In this document: positions 30,377-40,003 of the stretch, one piece after another
How the letters are laid out: each line of letters begins with the position of its first letter
Position numbering within the stretch: position 1 is the first letter of the stretch
Source of the DNA: Candidatus Levyibacteriota bacterium
GTDB lineage: Bacteria > Patescibacteriota > Microgenomatia > Levybacterales > UBA12049
Direction: 5' to 3'
Length of the DNA: 64,000 nt
Assembly (NCBI GenBank): GCA_009695045.1
Contig: SIBS01000003.1
Location: 10,561-74,560, forward strand
Made by a program: the position numbers and the translations under genes
The notes under the pieces: generated by a model
What the model was told of the DNA's origin: nothing
What the model saw: only the letters and a program-made list of their open reading frames with translations
Database searches by the model: none

Positions 30377-30805
30377 AGGATTTAATTGTTCTTATCTATG
30401 CAGATATCAACCATTTCTTTCTGGTCTTGAAGCTCACCATCCGATACCCCATATGAAACTAACTCCTGATACTGTATCTCTTCTGAACTTCATTATAAAA
30501 ACATTCACAGTAATTTTTATTGCCTCCCGCATCAACACATGTGCTAAGAAAATCAGTTTTTGCTTCCTCATTGTAATCGGCTTCCTGAATGGCGGACTAA
30601 ATGTCTCCTACAAAAACCAAAATAAATAAAACGGAAAGGAGAATAATCAAAACGTAATTGCGCTTGATATCAAACTTGGAGGAATTCTCTTTGTTGTGCA
30701 TCAAGAAATAAAAATTTTAAAAATTCTATCAATCAATCGTTTCTGAATCGAGATTAAATACTATATTAAATAACATAATTCATATATAATGTATGATTCA
30801 ATGCT

Positions 30806-33004
30806 ATGTATTCAGGAAAAGATAAACCTACCATTGCCATATTGAGCACATATCCTCCACGAGAATGTGGAATTGCTACCTTTACGCAAGATTTACTTCA
30901 ATCTAGTCAAAAATTTTTAGGAACAAGTATTAATTGTAAAGTTGCAGCAATAAATATTTCGCCATTAGAAACATATAAATATCCCTATGAAGTTGCATGG
31001 GAAATTGATCAAGATAATAAAAATGACTATCTTGATCTTGCAAAAATATTCAATGCCGATGAACAAATAACAGGAATAATAATTCAACATGAATATGGAA
31101 TCTTTGGAGGACCAGAGGGAGAAAATCTACTTTATTTTATGAAGAATTGCAAAAAACCAATTCTCGTTACACTTCACACTACTCTACCAGAACCAAATCT
31201 CAAAATGAAATCCGTAACAACTGAAATTATAAGTCTCGCATCCACAATAGTTGTTTTAACAAATAAATCAAAAGATATTATAGAAAATCTTTATCCAGAT
31301 TCTCATAAAAAAATGTTTGTTATTCCTCATGGCATTCATCCAGTTATATTTTCTGATGCAAAAAGATGCAAAATAAAATTAGAGCTAGAAAATCATATCG
31401 TTCTAACAACTTTTGGATTATTAAGTCGAGGCAAAGGAATAGAATATGCACTACGTGCGTTACCTAGTGTTGTGAAAAAATATCCAACAATTTTATATCT
31501 TATTTTAGGAGAAACTCATCCAGTAATTAGACGACATGAAGGAGAAAAATATCGCATAGAGCTTGTAAAATTAATTAATAAATTAAAATTAGAAAATCAT
31601 GTAAAATTTTATAATCAATATTTTTCTCTTGCCGATTTATTAGAATTTTTAAAGGCAACTGATATTTATATTGCAACATCTATTAATCCAAATCAAACTG
31701 TAAGCGGAACACTTTCCTATGCTTTAGGATCTGGACTTGCTGTAATAAGTACTAAATTTGCCCAAGCTAAAGAGATTATCACGCATGATATTGGAAGACT
31801 TGTGCCCATAAAAAACTCTCCCGCTTTTTCAGATGCGATATTAGACCTACTAAGCGATAAGTATAGATTGGAGCAAATGCGTCTTAATTCATACAAAATG
31901 ACTCGAGAAATGTTATGGAGTAATGTCGCAGAGCGATATGCAAAACTTTTAACAAGGGTTATTATTCCAGATATTAAACTTGATCACCTTTATAAAATGA
32001 CTGATGATTTTGGGTTATTTCAATTTGCATCATTTGATATTCCGAATAAAAATTATGGATATACTCTTGATGATAATTCAAGAGCCATTATTGTTTGTAG
32101 TTGGTTATTAAAGCAAAAATATACCAAGAGATTAGATTTATTATTAAGACTATATCTAAAATTTATTAAAAAATGTCAACTGACTGATGGATCTTTTGTA
32201 AACTATATTGAGTTTAATTATAAAAATCCCACATTGCAAAATAATATTGAAGATTTAGAAGATACACAGGCGCGAACATTATGGGCATTAAGTGAAATTA
32301 TCAGCAATAATATACTTGATGAAAATATTCGAAATGAAGCAAAAAAAATATTTCTACTGAATATAAAACAAGAAAAAAGATTTACTCACTTACGTGCAAT
32401 GGCTTTTGCCATAAAGTCATTTGCACTTGTATCTAATATTTTTCCAGAAGAATACAATCTTCTCTTTACGAGGATTAAAGAATATGGTGACTATCTACTT
32501 ATTGCTTTAAAAAATAATTCTATAAAATCATGGATATGGCTCGAAGATGGATTGAAGTATAATAATGCATTATTATCAGAAAGTTTAATTATTGCTGGTG
32601 ACATAACCAAAAATAGTAACTATACTAATAAAGGATTGATATCTCTTAAATTTTTAATTAGTAAGACTTTTTCAAAAACATACATACCTATCGGTCATTC
32701 TAAATGGTATAAAAATAAACAAAAAAGAAGTAACTATGATCAGCAACCAGAAGATCCAGCATCGATGATTTTAACACTTTCAAGAGCTTATAAAATTACA
32801 GGAGATGATAAATATAAAAAATTAGCAAATAAATGCTTTGGTTGGTTTTTAGGGATTAATAGTGTAAATAAATCTCTATATAATTATAAGTCTGGTGGTT
32901 GCTATGATGGGCTTCATTTTGACAGAGTTAATTTAAATCAAGGAGCAGAATCTCTTATCTCATATCTTATGTCAAATATTATAATTACAGAAATAAATAA
33001 ATGA
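30806..33004 (+). CDS. GT4-family glycosyltransferase (N-terminal about 380 aa) fused to a C-terminal about 340-aa domain of unknown function (possibly alpha/alpha-barrel glycosidase/epimerase-like)
   Basis: GT-B/GT4 features (IAILSTYPPRECGIATFTQDL N-terminus, a GxxxGxE-type region, Glycos_transf_1-like core). C-terminal domain with GYTLDDNSRAII and WxW-rich helices. Confidence 0.7.
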   Translation: MYSGKDKPTIAILSTYPPRECGIATFTQDLLQSSQKFLGTSINCKVAAINISPLETYKYPYEVAWEIDQDNKNDYLDLAKIFNADEQITGIIIQHEYGIFGGPEGENLLYFMKNCKKPILVTLHTTLPEPNLKMKSVTTEIISLASTIVVLTNKSKDIIENLYPDSHKKMFVIPHGIHPVIFSDAKRCKIKLELENHIVLTTFGLLSRGKGIEYALRALPSVVKKYPTILYLILGETHPVIRRHEGEKYRIELVKLINKLKLENHVKFYNQYFSLADLLEFLKATDIYIATSINPNQTVSGTLSYALGSGLAVISTKFAQAKEIITHDIGRLVPIKNSPAFSDAILDLLSDKYRLEQMRLNSYKMTREMLWSNVAERYAKLLTRVIIPDIKLDHLYKMTDDFGLFQFASFDIPNKNYGYTLDDNSRAIIVCSWLLKQKYTKRLDLLLRLYLKFIKKCQLTDGSFVNYIEFNYKNPTLQNNIEDLEDTQARTLWALSEIISNNILDENIRNEAKKIFLLNIKQEKRFTHLRAMAFAIKSFALVSNIFPEEYNLLFTRIKEYGDYLLIALKNNSIKSWIWLEDGLKYNNALLSESLIIAGDITKNSNYTNKGLISLKFLISKTFSKTYIPIGHSKWYKNKQKRSNYDQQPEDPASMILTLSRAYKITGDDKYKKLANKCFGWFLGINSVNKSLYNYKSGGCYDGLHFDRVNLNQGAESLISYLMSNIIITEINK

Positions 33005-33945
33005 AAATTAAAAAAATTAGAGATATTTTTCCAAATATTAATGTTGCTCGTTTTAATATGGCTGTTTGGCAAAAATCTGGAGAAGATTTATTATGTCTAA
33101 TTGGGAGAGAGGTTGCAGCTCCTGGAAAAATAGGTGAGCCAGATTCTGGAAAATTAAAACTTTTTGAATTAGATGAAAATAGTGAAATAATTAAAGAAAA
33201 AATTATCTGGAATCCCATAGAGGGAATAAGCCTAGAAGATCCTCGAGCACTTGAGTTACCTGATGAAAATCTAATTATTGGATTAACAGCTGTGCTTCGT
33301 GACGAAAATGGTCATAATATTCCTTATCCTGCAATTGTAAAAATAGAATCTTTTAACTCATGGAGGGATGAGCTTCCACCATTCTTAATTATTGATACTT
33401 TTGGTCCAGGAAAAAACCTAACCCCAATTAAAAAAGATATTTATATTTTTAGACCTGAGTCTTCTGATTATTTCCATAAACTTCTCATTTTTTCACTAAA
33501 ATCCCAAACACCAGAGAAATTAGATGATATACAATTTCCAACAGACTTACCCTGGGCAAGCTGGAGAATTGGAACAACGATGCCACCAATTTGGTTAAAT
33601 TCAAATGAAGCACTTTTCATCGTGCATGGAATTAGTATAAAAAATATTGATGGCAAGGAAAAATATATTTACAATATTGGACGTGGTAAATTAATTCGTG
33701 AAAAAAATAAATTTACAGCTATAATTGGAAAAGATCCAATCCTTACCCCTGATGATTTTCTAGATATTAATGGACTACCACTCACTGAAGAATTACATCC
33801 AGAAAGTAGACGGGTTATTTATTCCTGTGGAGGAGTGATCAAGAAAAATTCACAAGATATATTATCTCTATATGTTAATGTTGGAGATAAAAAAACTTTT
33901 GAAGTAGAATTATCTTTAAATGAATTAAAAAAAGACCTATTTTAG
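33001..33945 (+). CDS. GH130/DUF377-like beta-propeller glycosidase or glycoside phosphorylase
   Basis: G(I)SLEDPR motif characteristic of the GH130/GH43 propeller clan. 4-nt ATGA overlap with the upstream GT gene. Confidence 0.5.
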   Translation: MKIKKIRDIFPNINVARFNMAVWQKSGEDLLCLIGREVAAPGKIGEPDSGKLKLFELDENSEIIKEKIIWNPIEGISLEDPRALELPDENLIIGLTAVLRDENGHNIPYPAIVKIESFNSWRDELPPFLIIDTFGPGKNLTPIKKDIYIFRPESSDYFHKLLIFSLKSQTPEKLDDIQFPTDLPWASWRIGTTMPPIWLNSNEALFIVHGISIKNIDGKEKYIYNIGRGKLIREKNKFTAIIGKDPILTPDDFLDINGLPLTEELHPESRRVIYSCGGVIKKNSQDILSLYVNVGDKKTFEVELSLNELKKDLF

Positions 33946-34282
33946 TAAAAAATTATTTGTCAGATTAATGTCAAGTAAATAAATTTCCATAGGAGATAAT
34001 TAATATTATCTTATGAGTTTTGCAGAAATCAAAAGAATAAGTGGAATCTTACAAAAAAAAGATTATGTACCCCCAATCAAATCAATCTTGTGGAATCCAT
34101 CTTCAATATATAAAAATTTTAACTTATCTAATCCATTCTCTATAAAAGGTAGTATGCAAAAAGAAAAACCCAATATTCTTTTGGGGAAACCTAGAACATC
34201 ATAATCTTCATTATTATTTTAAAATATAAATCTTTAACCACTCCAACATTAAATTAATTAGATATGAGATAATAAGACAAAT

Positions 34283-34370
34283 GGAGGGATCGCATAGTGG
34301 CCTAGTGCAGCGGTTTACTAAACCGCCGTGTCGCAAGATACCGTGGGTTCAAATCCCACTCCCTCCGCCA
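34283..34370 (+). tRNA. type II tRNA, Ser-like (discriminator G73), apparent anticodon ACU
   Basis: Acceptor GGAGGGA/TCCCTCC, G discriminator, CCA encoded, 3-bp D-stem. Anticodon stem GCGGT/ACCGC with loop TTACTAA, long variable arm, T-loop GGTTCAAATCC. Confidence 0.75.
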
Positions 34371-34815
34371 AAATTCGGAATCAGGAATGAAGAAAAAATT
34401 ATTTTTAAAATCGCACAGCAACATTTAATCATAGGTACGATAGCGTTAATCAATCTTTTTAAAAAATTTAGGAATCTAATTTATAATAAGTATGGCAATT
34501 AAGATAAATTCAGAAAATAACATAGAAAGCACCAAATCAAGCTAGTTTATTCTAAATAGAATTTGCCTAAAGATAAGAGATCAAATATATTACTCTCACA
34601 AAAATTAAAAACAATAATATATAAAACTTGCCCACCCGTAATGGATAAGGTAGCAAAAGCACTTGACGTTAAAATATCAAGGCTTTAATAAAATTATAGC
34701 GATTTGAAAACAAAACCTTTTTATAAAATAGAATCTAATTTTTGTTCTATTGCGTCTGACTATTTTGAGCATAAAATATATCCTTTTTATTATATCGAGT
34801 ACAAAACCCCTGTTA

Positions 34816-35658
34816 TTAATCTTTTATTCCTAATTGTCTTTTTAAAGTTTCAAAAATAATCTCTTTCCTTAAAACATCCCTGATTGATTCTCTTTCAAAA
34901 TCAATGAAAAGAGCATTTTTTTCTTTTCTAGTTTTATTTCGCCAAACATACCATCGTGATTCTTTTAATTCCTTAAATTTATTTTCTATTCTTATAAGTG
35001 CGTTTTCAATATCTTGAATACTTGTTGTAATATCATCACTTGCTGATAATTCTCTTATTTCCAATAATCCCCTTTCCTCTATTGCCTTAAGGGCAATGAG
35101 ATTTTTTTCTGAGTATGCATTATTTATTTGCTTCATTATGTTTTCACGTTTTTTTCTATCTTCATCATTTTTACTTAAATCAGGATGAAAAAGCCAAGCA
35201 AGTTTTTTCCATAATTTCCTTGTTATATTTTCAATATCTTTTTCAGCTTGATTCATATCTTCAATATCTAAATAGCTATCATTATCGTGTTTAATATTTT
35301 TATCTTGAAATAATTCTTCATCTTTTGTTACTTCAATATATGCATTCTCAAGAGATAATCCTTTTTTTATAAGCTCCTTAATCTTTCTATATCTATTTAT
35401 TTCATTATCTAAAATTCTTTCTTTTCGAATTAAAGATCCTATTCTTCTTTCATACTCATCTTGCATATCTGTAAGCTGAGAATTCAAATTATCTAATTTC
35501 TTCATTAATAAGCCTAAGAAAATTTGCTTTTTTACAAGCAATAACTGAAGATTTTCAAAATTTTTTCCTGAATTAATTACTGTTAATTGTGTTTTCATAA
35601 TACTATATATTAACATATTTTTAGTGTTATAATTTACTTTATGAAAGAAATCAAACAA
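34816..35658 (-). CDS. coiled-coil protein with C-terminal J-domain-like HPD motif
   Basis: KLAWLFHPDLSKND...IMKQINNAYSEKN resembles DnaJ J-domain helices II/III. Confidence 0.5.
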   Translation of the reverse strand: MFDFFHKVNYNTKNMLIYSIMKTQLTVINSGKNFENLQLLLVKKQIFLGLLMKKLDNLNSQLTDMQDEYERRIGSLIRKERILDNEINRYRKIKELIKKGLSLENAYIEVTKDEELFQDKNIKHDNDSYLDIEDMNQAEKDIENITRKLWKKLAWLFHPDLSKNDEDRKKRENIMKQINNAYSEKNLIALKAIEERGLLEIRELSASDDITTSIQDIENALIRIENKFKELKESRWYVWRNKTRKEKNALFIDFERESIRDVLRKEIIFETLKRQLGIKD

Positions 35659-36456
35659 ACAAAAAAATATATTATCCCCCCTCTTGGATTTGGAACATGG
35701 AAATTAAATGGAAATATATGTAAAGAATCCGTAGAAAGAGCTATAAAATATGGCTATAGACATATAGACACAGCTGATGTATATGAAAATCATAAAGAAG
35801 TTGGTGCTGCGATAAGAAAAAGTGAGATTAAAAGAAAAGATATTTTTCTTACAACAAAAGTATGGAGAGACGATCTTTCAAAAAAAAATGTTATTAATTC
35901 AGGTAAAAGATTCATAGAAGAACTTCAAACAAATTATATTGACCTACTACTAATTCACTGGCCTAATGACTCAATACAGATTGAAGATACACTCGATGGA
36001 TTCATGCAATTAAAAGCAGATGGTATTATAAATTTTATTGGAGTATCAAACTTTACAATAAATCACTTAAAAAAAGTTATTGAAACAAAAATTCCAATTA
36101 CTACAAATCAGGTAGAATTTCATCCATCACTTTATCAAAAAAAACTTTTAGATTTTTGCAGTAAGAATAATATTATTCTTACTGCATACTGCCCAATTGC
36201 GCAAGGAGAAGATTTATTAATTCCAGAAGTGCAAAACATTGCAAAAAAATATAATAAGCTTCCTTCTCAAATTATATTGAATTGGATAATTAATAAAGGG
36301 ATTATTGCCATTCCTCGATCATCTAATCCTCATCATATAAAAGAAAATTTAGAGTCACTAGAATTGAATTTATCACCAAAAGATTTTGATATTATCGACA
36401 ATATTGGTGGCAATAATAGGATTGTTAATCCACCTTTTTCAGAATTTAACTATTAG
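35641..36456 (+). CDS. aldo/keto reductase (AKR, 2,5-diketo-D-gluconate reductase-like)
   Basis: GFGTWKL, YRHIDTADVYENH, LLLIHWP and C-terminal IPRSSNPHHIKEN motifs. Confidence 0.85.
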   Translation: MKEIKQTKKYIIPPLGFGTWKLNGNICKESVERAIKYGYRHIDTADVYENHKEVGAAIRKSEIKRKDIFLTTKVWRDDLSKKNVINSGKRFIEELQTNYIDLLLIHWPNDSIQIEDTLDGFMQLKADGIINFIGVSNFTINHLKKVIETKIPITTNQVEFHPSLYQKKLLDFCSKNNIILTAYCPIAQGEDLLIPEVQNIAKKYNKLPSQIILNWIINKGIIAIPRSSNPHHIKENLESLELNLSPKDFDIIDNIGGNNRIVNPPFSEFNY

Positions 36457-38007
36457 TTAAATAGGATTAGTAAGTAAAATAACCCTATTTAGACGATATA
36501 TGAATAATAATTCAACTTGTGAAAATATCTCCTTACAATTATTTTGAAACTTATCAAAGTCTTGAGGTTTTTTTTCTTGATAATGAGCATTAAAAATAAT
36601 TACACCTTTTGGATTCAACAGTGAAGCAACATCAAGCAAATAATTTTTATTTCTAGCTTCTTGTGGATTAAGTGGGCCAATAAATAAATCTACTATTATA
36701 AGATCGTACTTTTTAATCAATTTTTTATGCTTATTTACCCAAGAAATTGCATCTTCAATATCTATCGGATGAGATTTTATATCTAATTCAAAATGCTCTT
36801 TTGCAATAGTAATCATTACTGGATCAATCTCCACACCTCTAATAATTGAATCAGGATAATATTTTAAAATTGCTCGAATTACATCTCCTCCACAAACACC
36901 TAATACCAAGCAATTTGAAAAACTAGTATGAATTTTTTTTAATTTTCTTATAACCGTTGTCCACATGAAGACAAATTCACCACCACTTTGTGGACCATCA
37001 GAAAATATAGTCTTCTTTCCTAAGAATTTTTTTACTTCAATTTTATTATTAATTTCTGATAGATATATTATTTTTGGTGCTGGAGTAAATAATGTACCAA
37101 TAATATTAATGAATTTAGAAAAAAATCCATAACATTTTATTTGAGGCAATGGGAATAAAATTTCTCTACCATGGAATCTTTTTTTAAATTCTGTATAATT
37201 TTTCCACTTCTTATTCATTGTAGGATATCTTGGATCAAATATAGATTCGAAGTCTAAAATTTTTTTCTTAAGCTTTTTTCCCAAACGTATACCTTCCCAA
37301 ACCAATAAATAATTAGCAAGAGTTTCATATCCCCTCTTCGTAATACCCGTTTGTAGATAAGATAAGACACCGTCATAATACGCATACCAAACTACAGCTA
37401 TTGGAGGACCGTTTTTACTTTCTCTAGCAAAAAGTAAAAAAGAATGCTTACTAAAAGCAACCATTTTTTTATAAAATTCCTCGTAATTTGGTATGTAAAA
37501 TTTCTTCATATCAGATAAGTTTTTGAGAAGTTTAAAAAATACTTCAAACGACTTATTATCTTTTTTTGAATTTAAAAATACTGATGATATTATTAAATTT
37601 TTATCTTTTGCTTTTTTAATATTTCTTTTTGCATTTTCTGAAAAAGTAGAAAAAATATTTTTCTCAGATAAAGTAATGTCTATTTTTAGTGTTGCGCTAT
37701 GAGCAAATAAAAAATTAGATAATCTATATCCATACTTAATATAATTAACTTCATTATATTTATATGGATGTGGTTCTATTATTACAAATATTGCATTATA
37801 TTTTTTTGCTATTAAATCAATTTTTTTAAATGGGACTGGACCCAATGGGTGTTGTATTTTTATTACAGAAAAATTCATATAGGGTAATTTTCTAATAAAC
37901 ACATGCGTATTACCTATTCGTTCAACAATCCAACCTATTGACTGCATAAATTTTGCCCATTGGGGTGTTTGCCGAGCATCAATAAAGTTTTCCAGCTTCA
38001 ATTTCAT
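36457..38007 (-). CDS. FemAB-family aminoacyltransferase fused to spermidine-synthase-like (PABS) domain
   Basis: N-terminal about 330 aa with FemABX-like segments (FIDARQTPQWAKFMQSIGW; LLVWEGIRLGKKLKKKILDFESI). C-terminal about 180 aa LVLGVCGGDVIRAILKYYPDSIIRGVEIDPVMITIAKEHF...YDLIIVDLFIGP matches the PABS fold. Confidence 0.6.
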   Translation of the reverse strand: MKLKLENFIDARQTPQWAKFMQSIGWIVERIGNTHVFIRKLPYMNFSVIKIQHPLGPVPFKKIDLIAKKYNAIFVIIEPHPYKYNEVNYIKYGYRLSNFLFAHSATLKIDITLSEKNIFSTFSENAKRNIKKAKDKNLIISSVFLNSKKDNKSFEVFFKLLKNLSDMKKFYIPNYEEFYKKMVAFSKHSFLLFARESKNGPPIAVVWYAYYDGVLSYLQTGITKRGYETLANYLLVWEGIRLGKKLKKKILDFESIFDPRYPTMNKKWKNYTEFKKRFHGREILFPLPQIKCYGFFSKFINIIGTLFTPAPKIIYLSEINNKIEVKKFLGKKTIFSDGPQSGGEFVFMWTTVIRKLKKIHTSFSNCLVLGVCGGDVIRAILKYYPDSIIRGVEIDPVMITIAKEHFELDIKSHPIDIEDAISWVNKHKKLIKKYDLIIVDLFIGPLNPQEARNKNYLLDVASLLNPKGVIIFNAHYQEKKPQDFDKFQNNCKEIFSQVELLFIYRLNRVILLTNPI

Positions 38008-38044
38008 ATCAATAATCGATTATAGCAAATAAGCTTGCCTTCAC

Positions 38045-39052
38045 TTGATACAATATATGTCTATGAAAACTTTTTGGGAAAAATTACAAGAGAAAACTGA
38101 GAAAGAAAAAAAACCATTCCTAGTGCAAGCACCAATGGAAAATGTTACCGATGTGGTATTTAGAGAAATGATAAATATATGCGGGAGGCCAGATGTTTTC
38201 TTTACTGAATTTACTAATACGGATGGACTATGCTCTAGGGGTAAAGATGGGGAAAGCCATCGTTTGCAATTTACAAAAAACCAACATCCAATTGTAGCTC
38301 AAATTTGGGGAAATAATCCGGAAAATTATTATCAATCTGCCATGATTCTTAAAAAACAAGGATTTGATGGAATCGACATAAATATGGGTTGTCCCGATAG
38401 AGATATTGTAAAAAAAGGTTCATGTGCAGGACTGATAAATAACAATTCATTAGTAAGAGAGATTTATCTTGCTACTAAAGAGGGTGCCGGAAATCTTCCC
38501 ATTAGTATAAAAACTAGATTGGGACTTAATAAAATAGAGACTGAGAAATGGATTGGATTTCTACTAGGGCTTGATTTAGCAGCACTAACTATACATGGAC
38601 GAATTGCAAAAGAAATGTCTAAATTTCCTGCCAACTGGGAAGAGATAGGAAAAGTAGTAAAAATACGAAATGAAATGGAAAAGAAAACAATAATAATTGG
38701 TAACGGAGATATACAAAATAAGGAAGAAGCTTTTGAAAAATATGAAAAATATCACGTAGACGGGATTATGATCGGAAGGGGGATATTTTCTAATTTATGG
38801 GTTTTTAACAGAGATAATGAGAATAAAATATATAATTCAAATGATAAATTAAATCTTCTAATAAAACATATTACTCTTTTTGAAAATACATGGAAAAATA
38901 AAAAGCCATTTGAAGTAATGAAAAAATTTTATAAAATATATATATCAGATTTTCCTAATGCGTCTGATTTTAGATTAAGTCTTATGGAGGCTAAAGATTC
39001 TGAGTCATCAATTGCTATGATCAAAAATAAAATTAATGAGAATATTATTTAA
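38045..39052 (+). CDS. dus: tRNA-dihydrouridine synthase
   Basis: APMENVTDVVFR, GFDGIDINMGCP and SIKTRLG motifs. Confidence 0.9.
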   Translation: MIQYMSMKTFWEKLQEKTEKEKKPFLVQAPMENVTDVVFREMINICGRPDVFFTEFTNTDGLCSRGKDGESHRLQFTKNQHPIVAQIWGNNPENYYQSAMILKKQGFDGIDINMGCPDRDIVKKGSCAGLINNNSLVREIYLATKEGAGNLPISIKTRLGLNKIETEKWIGFLLGLDLAALTIHGRIAKEMSKFPANWEEIGKVVKIRNEMEKKTIIIGNGDIQNKEEAFEKYEKYHVDGIMIGRGIFSNLWVFNRDNENKIYNSNDKLNLLIKHITLFENTWKNKKPFEVMKKFYKIYISDFPNASDFRLSLMEAKDSESSIAMIKNKINENII

Positions 39053-39911
39053 TATATTTATGAACATCATCTGTGAATGATATTCTATTTTGAAAGAATT
39101 CAAATATTTCCTTAGACAAGGTAGCTATTCTTTCTGCTGCACCTACCGGACTCTCACTTTTAGTAAGTACAATAAAAATATAATCACCTTTTGGAGCAAA
39201 TACAATTCCAGCGTCATGCTTAAAATTATCAATCTCTCCTGTTTTGTGTCCTATAGAGATAGATTTTGGTAAAAATCTTGGTATCCTATCATTAATTTGC
39301 TGATCTTTAAGAAGTGCAATCATTTTATTTGAATATTTTTTATCAATAATTTGACCATTATAAAGTTTCTCAAAAAAGATTACTAAATCATAAGCAGTGG
39401 TTCGTGAATGATTATCAACAAAAGTCTCCTTAAGTCCTAGTTCTTGAATAAATTTTTTTAAATTTGAAATGCCAATTTTTTCTACCAACATAAGAGCTGA
39501 GTAATTATGCGAAATAGTAATCATCTGATGAAGTGCATCTGAAACAGTTAGTGTAATTACACCACTTGATAATCCGCCTAAGGACGGTGATTCTATTTCA
39601 AAAAAATTATTTAACAATGAGATATCCCAGCTAAGTATATCGTCTTCTTTTATTTTCCCTTCCTTAATCTGCTTATAAACAGCTCCCATCACCCATAATT
39701 TATAAAGACTTGCTGATTCAAATACCAAGTGCTCATTCTGCATGAATATATCATTTGATTTTAAATTTTTAATTACTATAGCATAATTACCTCGTGTTCC
39801 CTCTTGGGAATTTCTTACAACATCATCTAAACCTTTACGCGATACTAAATATCTAGAAGTAAAAACAAACATTATCATAATAAAAAACAATAACAATGTT
39901 GTCCTTTTCAT
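39045..39911 (-). CDS. class A beta-lactamase-like serine hydrolase (secreted)
   Basis: S-x-x-K (SLYK), SHN (SDN-like) and HKTGE (KTG) motifs; signal-like N-terminus. Confidence 0.55.
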   Translation of the reverse strand: MKRTTLLLFFIMIMFVFTSRYLVSRKGLDDVVRNSQEGTRGNYAIVIKNLKSNDIFMQNEHLVFESASLYKLWVMGAVYKQIKEGKIKEDDILSWDISLLNNFFEIESPSLGGLSSGVITLTVSDALHQMITISHNYSALMLVEKIGISNLKKFIQELGLKETFVDNHSRTTAYDLVIFFEKLYNGQIIDKKYSNKMIALLKDQQINDRIPRFLPKSISIGHKTGEIDNFKHDAGIVFAPKGDYIFIVLTKSESPVGAAERIATLSKEIFEFFQNRISFTDDVHKYIK

Positions 39912-40003
39912 TTATTTATTATAAACTTGTTGTTTTGTAAGAAATGTAAGAAATTTATCAAAGCATTGACTAATCTTATTTAAATGAAGTAATATAAATA
40001 GTC

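Noticed and set aside
30354-30702. Minus-strand reading MHNKENSS...VGDI*SAIQEADYNEEAKTDFLSTCVDAGGNKNYCECFYNEVQKRYSIRS*FHMG...* has three in-frame TAG codons and no TAA or TGA. I first read this as possible TAG recoding, or a recoded mobile-element fragment.
   Set aside because: The frame is exactly codon-aligned antisense to the listed plus-strand 91-aa ORF (30354..30629). Its three CTA Leu codons are the three TAGs, so stop depletion in the antisense frame is a shadow effect. TAG is also used as a genuine stop in this window, for the Xer gene at 1124-1126 and the 98-aa ORF at 30080. Which strand, if either, is truly coding remains uncertain. Both have elevated GC3 relative to confident genes.
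34281-34502. 73-aa plus-strand ORF
   Set aside because: It begins inside the type-II tRNA at 34283-34370 (the sequence MEGSHSGLVQRFTKPP translates tRNA bases); spurious.
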